Shown here: positions 10,135-18,465 of the stretch, piece by piece
Layout of the letters: each line of letters opens with the position of its first letter
How positions within the stretch are numbered: the first letter of the stretch is position 1
Position numbers and translations under genes: made by a program
Source: an uncultured bacterium
GTDB taxonomy: Bacteria > Acidobacteriota > HRBIN11 > JAKEFK01
Direction of reading: 5' to 3'
Assembly (NCBI GenBank): GCA_963777505.1
Contig: CAVZQN010000004.1
Span: 1,568,001 to 1,632,000, forward strand
DNA: 64,000 bases
Notes under the pieces: model-generated
Databases searched by the model: none
What the model saw: only the letters and a program-made list of their open reading frames with translations
What the model was told of the DNA's origin: nothing

Positions 10135-10170
10135 TTGACAGTATTACAGTAATTGTATATATTACTGTCA
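10135..10170 (+). promoter_or_regulatory. Sigma70-type promoter with inverted-repeat operator; probably leaderless
   Basis: TTGACA (10135-10140), 17 bp, TATATT (10158-10163), 6 nt, ATG. Inverted repeat TGACAGTA...TACTGTCA spans it and no SD sequence is visible. Confidence 0.7.
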
Positions 10171-10664
10171 TGATCGAAAAAAGTTTGAATCTGGAAGAAT
10201 TATCAAAGGAAGTTGAAGAACTTTTAGATCGACGCGGACTTTTAGACGTTCAACAAGATGGAAGGGTGTCGCCAATTCCTGATGCACGAACGATCCGTTA
10301 TTACACAACGTTAGGATTGCTGGAACGTCCAAAAATTGTATTGCGCCAGGCTTCGTATGGGAAACGTCATGTCTTGCAGCTTCTTGCAATCAAATCGCTG
10401 CAAGGAATGTCGATGCCGTTGGAAGAAATTCAGGCGCGACTTTATGGAAAAAGTGATCGTGAACTGGAAGCAATTCTGGAATCTATTTCAAACAAAAGAA
10501 AAGCACCCCGGAGCGAAATCAATCCGCTCGTTTGGCGTGAAATCATAATCGAGCCCGGACTAAAAATAATGGCTGAAGCAAAATGGCAACCTTCCGATGA
10601 AGAAGCTCTTGCAAAAAGAATTCGCGCAGCAGTTGCTGTATTTGCGAAGGAGGAAAAACAATGA
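10170..10664 (+). CDS. MerR-family HTH transcriptional regulator
   Basis: PDARTIRYYTTLGLLERP...YGKRHVLQLLAIKSLQGMSMPLEEI. Confidence 0.85.
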   Translation: MIEKSLNLEELSKEVEELLDRRGLLDVQQDGRVSPIPDARTIRYYTTLGLLERPKIVLRQASYGKRHVLQLLAIKSLQGMSMPLEEIQARLYGKSDRELEAILESISNKRKAPRSEINPLVWREIIIEPGLKIMAEAKWQPSDEEALAKRIRAAVAVFAKEEKQ

Positions 10665-13132
10665 CTACCCCCCAAATTCCAATCGTCGATCTGCCGGAAG
10701 ACGATTGTACCCGTAGTTTCGGCGTATTAACTGTACAAAAAGCAGCACAGCGCATTGCTCTGCCACTCGAAAAGGTGGAAATTGATGCAAGAGTTGCCGG
10801 ACAAATCGCGGAAGTTACAGTTCTGCAGTCTTTTCGAAACGAACATCAAGAAGCACTAGAAGCTGTATACATTTTTCCGCTTTCAGGAGGATCAGCAGTC
10901 AGCAGTTTCGAAATGAAAGTAGGTTCACGTCTCCTTCGCGGCAAAGTGGAAGAGCGCGCACATGCGCGCCAGCAGTATGAAAATGCCATCCAGGATGGAA
11001 AGAGAGCAGCGTTGCTTGAACAAGAACGTGACGATGTTTTCACGCTTCAAGTTGGAAACATACTTCCTGGTGAACATGTTGAAATCAAGATCACCTATTC
11101 TGAACGTCTGCCATTTTTTGAAAATGGAACGACTGAAATCCGGCTGCCGATGGTTGTTGCTCCAAGGTATGTTCCTGGAAGTCCGCTTGATTCCAGCGGA
11201 GTTGGGGATGGAATTGAAGAAGATACCGATATTGTTCCAGATGCTTCCAGAATTTCTCCACCACGGTTGGCGAAAGGTTTTGATCCAAAAGTAGGCCTCA
11301 ACATTCAGGTTGAACTTTTGAGCGATGCAGCGATTCGAGAACTATCCTGCTCGCAACATGCGACCCGTACTTCAAATTCAGGAGGCAACGGAATCACTGT
11401 TTCGCTTTCCAGGACCGACGAATTACTGAATCGTGATTTTGTGTTGCGATGGAACCTCGGTGAAAACAAAATCCAGACAGTTTTCCAAGGATACAAGTCA
11501 GAGCATGGCGATTATTATGCGATGTTATCGATCCTTCCTCCGCAACTCGAACATCAATCCATTGCAGGACGTGATGTAGTTTTTATTGTGGATCGATCGG
11601 GATCGATGCGCGGTATAAAAATGGCTTCAGCATCCAAAGCATGTGCGATTTTGCTTTCAACGCTCGGACCCGCGGATCGTTTTGCAATTGCTTGCTTTAA
11701 CACGGCCGTTAAATGGTTTTATCCCAATGGTATGGATGGTCAGCGTTTTCTAACAGCCGATGAATCAGGTTTGAAACGTGGTGAAGCATTCTTGCGTGAA
11801 ATAACAAGTGAAGGCGGTACAGAACTCGATCAAGCTCTGGAATCGGGTTTGGAAGTGATTCGCAGACGCAGTGATGACAGTACGCGTGTTCCAGTAGTTG
11901 TACTTTTGACCGATGGACAAATCTCCGATGAGGCCCGCGTATTATCGCGGATCCAAAAAGAGGTTGGAGGTTCTCGTATTTTTACAGTTGGTATTGATAC
12001 TGCAGTTAATCATGGATTTTTGAGCCGTCTTGCTGCATTAGGAAAAGGAACATCCACATTCGTTGAACCAGGAGCGTCCTTAGATAATGCGCTACGGGCA
12101 ATTAGCAGAGAAATTGGAGCTCCAGTAATTGTAGATGTTAGCCTGAAGGATTTGGATTCAAACATAAATATGGAAACAATTTCACCCGCCCGAATTCCGG
12201 ATCTATTTGCCGGACGCTCCAGCGTCACTTTTTTTCAGATGAAGCAACCGGGGCGCATTCAGATCAATGGAAAATTCAGCGATGGAAGCAATTTCGAACA
12301 AACAATTTCTTCAGAAGTCACTCCGGTATCTGCAATTGCGCATTTGTGGGCTCGCGCACGAGTCAGGGATTTAGAAGATCAGTTCCGGCTCGAAAGTGGT
12401 CTGCAAGAGCAGACAAAAAAGCAAATTATCGAAATTGCAATTCAGCATACATTACTGACGCGTTTTACAGCATTCGTAGTTGTTGATGAAAGCGAAGTTG
12501 TAAATCAGGATGGAACTCGAAGAAAAATTGTTCAACCAGTAGAAATGCCGGCCCAATGGGAAATGGATATGGGTTCTTCAATGCATATCACTGGAGCCAT
12601 GGCGATGATGTCTTGTCCGCCGCCGCCGCAAGAAGCACGTGCTTCAGCACCAGTAGCGATGATGCAATTTGATGAAGGAACCAGACCTTCATCTTTATTG
12701 AAAGGGCTCTTCCGTAAACATCGCCGCGATGTGGATCCAAAACAGAAGCCTGCAGAATCAAAAGCGTTGAAAGATGCGGTCAAAGATTTTATGAATGCAT
12801 TCGACAGCGTACAAAAATCCATAGAGTCAGGGCAGGTACCTTCAGGGAAACAACTTGAAAAGACACACAAGCAACTAATCAAGCTGATGACGGAGAGTGG
12901 TGAATATTCAGCGATCAGACGTTTGCTGACTAGTATGGTCACAGAACTATTGACAGCTTTGCGAAGTCCAGGAATTGAAGTGTCAGCTTTGCGGAATATC
13001 TTGAATCAGAATAAGAAAACGATTGATGAAGCCTTTCGCGAAGTAAATGCAACGACAGCCGGCCCATTTCTGGGAATCAACCATTTGATCTCTGCGTCTT
13101 TGCGGTTTGTTGGCGAATTCTGTTACACTTGA
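10661..13132 (+). CDS. VIT + von Willebrand factor A domain protein (inter-alpha-trypsin inhibitor-like); true stop may be TGA at 13086-13088
   Basis: VIT domain (LEAVYIFPL...AALLEQERDDVF), vWA MIDAS DRSGS...GGT...LLTDG. ATGA overlap with the MerR gene. Confidence 0.9.
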   Translation: MTTPQIPIVDLPEDDCTRSFGVLTVQKAAQRIALPLEKVEIDARVAGQIAEVTVLQSFRNEHQEALEAVYIFPLSGGSAVSSFEMKVGSRLLRGKVEERAHARQQYENAIQDGKRAALLEQERDDVFTLQVGNILPGEHVEIKITYSERLPFFENGTTEIRLPMVVAPRYVPGSPLDSSGVGDGIEEDTDIVPDASRISPPRLAKGFDPKVGLNIQVELLSDAAIRELSCSQHATRTSNSGGNGITVSLSRTDELLNRDFVLRWNLGENKIQTVFQGYKSEHGDYYAMLSILPPQLEHQSIAGRDVVFIVDRSGSMRGIKMASASKACAILLSTLGPADRFAIACFNTAVKWFYPNGMDGQRFLTADESGLKRGEAFLREITSEGGTELDQALESGLEVIRRRSDDSTRVPVVVLLTDGQISDEARVLSRIQKEVGGSRIFTVGIDTAVNHGFLSRLAALGKGTSTFVEPGASLDNALRAISREIGAPVIVDVSLKDLDSNINMETISPARIPDLFAGRSSVTFFQMKQPGRIQINGKFSDGSNFEQTISSEVTPVSAIAHLWARARVRDLEDQFRLESGLQEQTKKQIIEIAIQHTLLTRFTAFVVVDESEVVNQDGTRRKIVQPVEMPAQWEMDMGSSMHITGAMAMMSCPPPPQEARASAPVAMMQFDEGTRPSSLLKGLFRKHRRDVDPKQKPAESKALKDAVKDFMNAFDSVQKSIESGQVPSGKQLEKTHKQLIKLMTESGEYSAIRRLLTSMVTELLTALRSPGIEVSALRNILNQNKKTIDEAFREVNATTAGPFLGINHLISASLRFVGEFCYT

Positions 13133-13191
13133 AACGGACCAGACTCTACCGTTTCCGTTGTAAAACGACGCCACATCCTTGCTGATTTTTT

Positions 13192-16100
13192 ATGCCTGAT
13201 TACTTGAAAGAAGCCAGAAAAGCTGAAAAAGAAAAAATCTTTTCGAGAGCGGGCGAATTCTACCGGCTTGCTGGAGAAATCGATTCTGCTGTTGAAATGT
13301 ACATGAAGGCAGAAGACTACATTCTCGCCGCTGGTCTCATGGAACAAAAAGGCAACTGGAGTGCTGCTGCAAATCTGTATGAACGCGGCAGACAATACCG
13401 CGATGCTGCCAAGATTTACGAAAAAATTAAAGACTATCGTTCCGCCTTTTCAATGTATGAAAAGATCAACGATTATCCACGTGCTTCAGAAATGGCGGAA
13501 AAAGCGGAAGATTATTTCAAAGCTGCTGTTATGGCTGAAGAAGCAAAAACATTGCAACGTGCAGCACAACTTTATATTCAAGCCAACCAATATCCACAAG
13601 CTGCAAGAATTCATTACAAATTATTGCAACAACTTGTCGATCTCACTGAAAAAAGGTTTTTTCCAGATTATGAGGCGCAACTCGCGAAGCATGCGAATAC
13701 AACGGCGATGCTTTACGAACGGATTAATGATCATGCAAAAGCAGCCTACTGTTATCAACTTGCAAGAAATCATAAGAAAGCTGCAGAGTCGTATCTTGCA
13801 GATCAGAAACCTGAGAAAGCTGCAGAGATCTATCACCAGCTAAAGAGCTACAACAAAGCATTTGAGATTTTGTCAGGACTCACTGACGTTTCAAACAAGC
13901 CTCTTTTCGCGGATGTTTGTTACCAGTTAAAGAAATTTGATAAAGCTGCAACTTTATTTCAGCAGTGCGGAAATCTTGGCCGCGCTGCTGATGCCTGTGA
14001 ACAGGCAAAGCTTTATAACATCGCAGCTAAGATTTATGAAGAACTAGGAAATTTCAAACGTGCTGCAGAAATGTGTTTGAAGGCAAATAATAAGATTCGA
14101 GCGGCTGAACTTTATGAAAAGACAGGAAACTTCGGCAACTCCGCAATTTTGTATCAGCAGTCCGGACAAAATGAAAAGGCATTGGAAAGCTATCTTGCGA
14201 TCGGGCGAAGAATTCCTGCCGCCAAAATCGCTCTTCAAATAAAAGATGAAGATAGAGCTATCTTTTTGCTTCAGGCAATTAATCCAATGGAAGAAGAATA
14301 TAGAGATGCTTGTGCACTTCTTGGTGTAATTTTCGCTGAAAGAGGAATGAGTTCAGCGGCTCAGCGCAAGTTCGAAGAAGCATTGGAACGCCCCACGCTT
14401 ACGAAGACAAATTTGGACATCTATTTTGATCTTGCGATGCAGCAGGAAAAAATGGGGATGCGTGCAGAAGCGGCCGACTTGTATGAGCGGATTCTTTCTG
14501 TGGATTTTTCGCACAAGGAAGCTTCACGCCGCCTTGAAGAGTTACGAAGATCGGCTGTTTACCATATTCCGGATACATTTTACGTGCCCCAGCCTTCAGA
14601 AAGTGTCGAAAACATTCAGACATCCGGACAACCTCGAATTGTGGCATCGCGTTATGAGTTGGTGGAAGAAATGATTCATGATGCTTCGGGGAAAGTATAT
14701 AAAGCCAGCGATCAATTTTTTCAACGTCCTGTCATGATCCGGATTCTTCCGAAGCAGGATCAAAATCTTACACAGGTGATTCTAAAATGCACTCAACTTT
14801 CATCGGCACTCAACCACAATAACATTCTCGCAATTTATGATGGTGGGAAAGATAAAGATGATTACTTTGTTTGTACCGAATATGTAGACGGTCAAACTCT
14901 GCGGCAGTATCTTTCGGATCATTCTTTGAATATTCAGGAAGTTGTTCAAATTGCGCAACAGATTATTTTGGCCCTTGCGTATGTTCATAAGAAGGGTCTA
15001 ATTCATGGAAATCTGACGCCGGAAAATATTTATATTGCAGCCGACAAAAGTGTAAAGGTCACTAATTTTGGAAATCTTGCAGTATGGGAAAAACAAAATG
15101 CGGCTGTTGTTAAGCAATACTTAAGTCCGGAACAGCTTACGGATCAGACTTCTGATGAGCGAAGTGACGTCTATTCGTTCGGGATTATTTTGTATGAGCT
15201 TGCCTATGGCAATCCTCCTTTTTCGGGCGTGGATGTAGAACAACAACATTTGAGTGCTCTTCCTGTATTTGAAGAAACTCCTTTACACACTGTCCCGGAT
15301 TTTCTGATCCGAATTATGAAGAAGAGCCTTGCAAAGGATCGAAACAGACGTTACGCAAATGCGGATGAAATCCAAAATGAGTTTGAAACACCGGGAATCA
15401 CACCAGGCGTTGTTATCAATGGCAGATATGAAATTGTCCGTGAACTTGGCGAAGGCGGTATGGGAAATGTTTATCAAGCGCGGGACAGGGACCTGGATGA
15501 AATCGTTGCATTAAAAATGTTGAAGGGGGAGATCGGCGGTGATCCTGATATGCTTCAACGTTTCATTCGTGAAATCAAAGTCGCAAGAATGATTGCTCAT
15601 CCAAATGTAGTACGCGTTTTTGATACCGGGACATACGAAGCAAATCGATACATAACGATGGAATATATCGATGGCATCAGTTTTGACCGATGGATCGATC
15701 AATCTAGAGAGATCGATCTGAAAACTCGACTCAACATTTTGTTGAAAATCATTCAAGGCGTTCAAGCCGCTCATGCCCGTGGCATCGTTCATCGTGATTT
15801 GAAGCCTCAAAATATTTTGATTGATTCCGACTTCATTCCTCACATTCTCGATTTTGGAATTTCACGAGTACGAACTCACAAAGATAGTTCAACGACAGCC
15901 AAAATTGTACTTGGTTCACCAAAATATACATCTCCGGAACAAATCAGCGGACAGGAGGCGGATTATCGCAGCGATATTTATTCGCTTGGAGTCCTTACTT
16001 TCTACATGTTAACGTTTCAAGAACCTTTCAGCGGAGATGATGTCCAGAGTATTTTGATGAAACACCTAACTTTGGAGCCTGCTTCGCCCCGCCACTTGAA

Positions 16101-16233
16101 TCCTGAAATTCCACTCTGGCTCGAAGATATTGTTCTTCGCGCGTTACGAAAAGATCCCGCCAAACGTTTCGAAAACCTCGATGAAATGCTCGCCGACCTC
16201 AAATTCGGCATCGACTTCAAGCAAAACTCATAA
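13192..16233 (+). CDS. TPR-like repeat protein with tandem pseudokinase and Ser/Thr kinase domains
   Basis: About 450 aa of AAxxY helical repeats. Kinase 1 is degenerate (VMIR, HGNLTPEN, NFG); kinase 2 is canonical (GEGGMG, VALK, HRDLKPQN, DFG, SPE). Confidence 0.9.
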   Translation: MPDYLKEARKAEKEKIFSRAGEFYRLAGEIDSAVEMYMKAEDYILAAGLMEQKGNWSAAANLYERGRQYRDAAKIYEKIKDYRSAFSMYEKINDYPRASEMAEKAEDYFKAAVMAEEAKTLQRAAQLYIQANQYPQAARIHYKLLQQLVDLTEKRFFPDYEAQLAKHANTTAMLYERINDHAKAAYCYQLARNHKKAAESYLADQKPEKAAEIYHQLKSYNKAFEILSGLTDVSNKPLFADVCYQLKKFDKAATLFQQCGNLGRAADACEQAKLYNIAAKIYEELGNFKRAAEMCLKANNKIRAAELYEKTGNFGNSAILYQQSGQNEKALESYLAIGRRIPAAKIALQIKDEDRAIFLLQAINPMEEEYRDACALLGVIFAERGMSSAAQRKFEEALERPTLTKTNLDIYFDLAMQQEKMGMRAEAADLYERILSVDFSHKEASRRLEELRRSAVYHIPDTFYVPQPSESVENIQTSGQPRIVASRYELVEEMIHDASGKVYKASDQFFQRPVMIRILPKQDQNLTQVILKCTQLSSALNHNNILAIYDGGKDKDDYFVCTEYVDGQTLRQYLSDHSLNIQEVVQIAQQIILALAYVHKKGLIHGNLTPENIYIAADKSVKVTNFGNLAVWEKQNAAVVKQYLSPEQLTDQTSDERSDVYSFGIILYELAYGNPPFSGVDVEQQHLSALPVFEETPLHTVPDFLIRIMKKSLAKDRNRRYANADEIQNEFETPGITPGVVINGRYEIVRELGEGGMGNVYQARDRDLDEIVALKMLKGEIGGDPDMLQRFIREIKVARMIAHPNVVRVFDTGTYEANRYITMEYIDGISFDRWIDQSREIDLKTRLNILLKIIQGVQAAHARGIVHRDLKPQNILIDSDFIPHILDFGISRVRTHKDSSTTAKIVLGSPKYTSPEQISGQEADYRSDIYSLGVLTFYMLTFQEPFSGDDVQSILMKHLTLEPASPRHLNPEIPLWLEDIVLRALRKDPAKRFENLDEMLADLKFGIDFKQNS

Positions 16234-16287
16234 GATTTTAGATTTCAGATCACTGATTTCAGATTGAAATTGAAAAATTGAAGATTG
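16234..16287. repeat. Heptamer-based arm downstream of the four-helix-bundle gene
   Basis: gattttagatttcagatcactgatttcagattgaaattgaaaaattgaagattg. Core 16240-16273 is the reverse complement of 16684-16717 at 30/34 positions. Confidence 0.85.
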
Positions 16288-16300
16288 CTAGAGCGTTTTT

Positions 16301-16654
16301 TTATTTCGATAGCTTCGATGTTTTTATGGAAGATACGAATATGGAAACAAGTTCATTTCCCTCAACAATTAATGATCTTAATAAAGACTCATTAAGGATT
16401 TTGCATTCGATAATAATCTCCATCCAATAAAGAGATTCATCCGCTTCTTCCAAAACAATTCCCAGTTTTGAGATAAAATCCACTTTTGAACGTGCTCGAC
16501 AAGCTGCACGATAATTTGCTCCCACGGACGTTCCGGACCGAAAAAGCTGATCACCCACGCGTCGTGCTTCATATGAATTCGGCAGAGCTCTGCATAGTCT
16601 TAGGATGCGCTTCCCGTATTCTTTTGTTCGTCTCTTCATCTCTTGTTGATTCAT
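16301..16654 (-). CDS. Four helix bundle protein (23S rRNA intervening sequence protein / TIGR02436-like)
   Basis: QLFRSGTSVGANYRAACRARSKVDFISKLGIVLEEADESLYWMEI. ATG at 16654; the longer ORF-track N-terminus is translated repeat. Confidence 0.92.
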   Translation of the reverse strand: MNQQEMKRRTKEYGKRILRLCRALPNSYEARRVGDQLFRSGTSVGANYRAACRARSKVDFISKLGIVLEEADESLYWMEIIIECKILNESLLRSLIVEGNELVSIFVSSIKTSKLSK

Positions 16655-16669
16655 ATACCAACCTTCTCT

Positions 16670-16720
16670 CAATCTTTCAATCCTCAATTTCAATCTGAAA
16701 TCTAGAATCTGAAATCTTAA
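16670..16720. repeat. Heptamer-based arm upstream of the four-helix-bundle gene
   Basis: caatctttcaatcctcaatttcaatctgaaatctagaatctgaaatcttaa. Confidence 0.85.
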
Positions 16721-16727
16721 ATAATTG

Positions 16728-16765
16728 AACCGCAAAGTCACGGAGTTCTTTGCGTCTTTGCGGTT
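16728..16765. repeat. Inverted pair of the 18-bp junction element forming a hairpin
   Basis: aaccgcaaagtcacggag-tt-ctttgcgtctttgcggtt. Confidence 0.8.
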
Positions 16766-18201
16766 GGATTAAATTCGCAGCGGGAGCAGGAAGCATCGCG
16801 GTTATCGCAAAAGTCGTAAAAGAAGTGATGGAGCGCTTGTTGCCGGTGTGCGCTGTCAATCATGTTTCTTGCTTTCTCCGGGCTCCCAAACATCCGATGA
16901 ACCATCAGACGTGTAATGCTGTTGTTAGGCAGTTTTGGATGACGTCTATAGATTGCATGGAGAGAATCTTCGAGCCCTCGTTGTGAAGTGAGCTCTGCAT
17001 GCGCTAACAACAATGGAAGCACGACATTTACGATCAGGATCCGCGCGCGATCCTTTCCGATCAATCTGCGAGGTGCGCTGAATTTGTGCTTATCGAATTG
17101 ATAATGGTATGACCAATACAAATGCGATGGACGTCCAAACAAGGCATTCCACGATTTGAGTATTTCGCGAATTCCGCGAGGCGATGGAAAAGGTTCGCCG
17201 ATAGGGTGGAGTAACAATGGAATGATTTGTCCAGAATGGTAATGAAAAAATGATGCAACAGCAGTGAGCCTGCGTGCAGGGAAGTTTGCCGGACGTGTAC
17301 TTGAGGGATACCAACAAAACCCGGTGAGTATTCGCGATTGAAAATGGGATTCGTGTTTATGCCAGTATTGAAAAAGCTCGTTTAGATACCACGACGTTTC
17401 AGGATCTTCCGGAGTTAAACGGATCTGTGATAAGTCTTCGATCAATCCCGCAGTACCAAGTAATATCGCAGCCATTGAATCGATACCGCGCCGACCCGCA
17501 AAATTGTAATGCATCAATTCATCAATCGGAATTCTTTGGGCAAGCTCACGGAATGCATATCGAGATTGCTTATATCCCATGCCTTCCATGATGCCTTCAT
17601 AAAAAGCTTGCTGAAATGTTTGCGATCGAAGTGCCGTCAGATATCGTTCCTTTTTTCGGCGCATTCGAAGATCGCCTGCTGAATCCAATATTCGTGTGAT
17701 GGATAGTTCATCATGCTCTTCCAGAAATCGTCTGCAAAGATGTACTTTGCTTCCTGCATGAAATGGAAATTCATGAATCGGCAATCGTGTCTGCAGCAGC
17801 CTTAACTCTTCCATCAATGAATCTTTTAATTCCAGTTCAGGAACCGACTCTCCATTCTGTTTGATACATTCCGCGCCTGTGCTGTACAAAACAACGTGAA
17901 GAACAACGCTGTTGTAACGTGGATCCAGATGGTGCCGGTGTTGATACCATTCACCGCTGCTTAAATGAATTTCAACATCACCACACATCCGTTTTCCATC
18001 AACAAACAATTCTGCATTTCGAAAGTCCGGGCCTGCTTCAAGATTCCACCAACCTGGCGATGATATCGATAACGCTGTGCCGTTCAGGCGCAATTGTTTC
18101 CGGAAGAGTTGTTCAGACCAGATGCAATGGATTAAACGTTCAAGGACGCGTTCGCGTCCACCATAGGGGTTTTGCGATTCGCAGACGAGATAAGGTTCCA
18201 T
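16738..18201 (-). CDS. DUF2851 family protein
   Basis: PGWWNLEAGPDF, GDVEIH, W...H.HHLDPRYNSVVLHVV, RPANFPARRL, C-terminal Cys cluster C-x6-C-x2-C. Confidence 0.8.
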   Translation of the reverse strand: MEPYLVCESQNPYGGRERVLERLIHCIWSEQLFRKQLRLNGTALSISSPGWWNLEAGPDFRNAELFVDGKRMCGDVEIHLSSGEWYQHRHHLDPRYNSVVLHVVLYSTGAECIKQNGESVPELELKDSLMEELRLLQTRLPIHEFPFHAGSKVHLCRRFLEEHDELSITRILDSAGDLRMRRKKERYLTALRSQTFQQAFYEGIMEGMGYKQSRYAFRELAQRIPIDELMHYNFAGRRGIDSMAAILLGTAGLIEDLSQIRLTPEDPETSWYLNELFQYWHKHESHFQSRILTGFCWYPSSTRPANFPARRLTAVASFFHYHSGQIIPLLLHPIGEPFPSPRGIREILKSWNALFGRPSHLYWSYHYQFDKHKFSAPRRLIGKDRARILIVNVVLPLLLAHAELTSQRGLEDSLHAIYRRHPKLPNNSITRLMVHRMFGSPEKARNMIDSAHRQQALHHFFYDFCDNRDASCSRCEFNPTAKTQRTP

Positions 18202-18290
18202 CGTTTGCCTCCTGTTTTGGCAAACGGTGGAGGATGGTAGGAAGTTACCCGCACTAGGATTTTACCACAAAGACACGGCCTACGGCCGCA

Positions 18291-18465
18291 ATTTCAGATT
18301 TCAGATCTTAGATTTCAGATTGAAATTGATGATTTTTGGATTTAAGTACAGGTTAATTCTACTTTATGTGAGCAGACCGAATTAAGGCTTAAAAAGAATC
18401 TAATAGCTTCTATCAATCTTCAATCAAAAATTTCAATCTGAAATCTAAGATCTGAAATCTAAAAT
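18291..18465. repeat. Gene-less inverted-arm element (same heptamer arms as around the four-helix-bundle gene)
   Basis: Perfect 32-bp inverted repeat agatttcagatcttagatttcagattgaaatt at 18296-18327 and 18429-18460, about 100 bp apart. Confidence 0.85.

Noticed and set aside
16234-18465. Diversity-generating retroelement suggested by the Avd-like protein
   Set aside because: No reverse transcriptase and no TR/VR pair differing at adenines is visible in the window.
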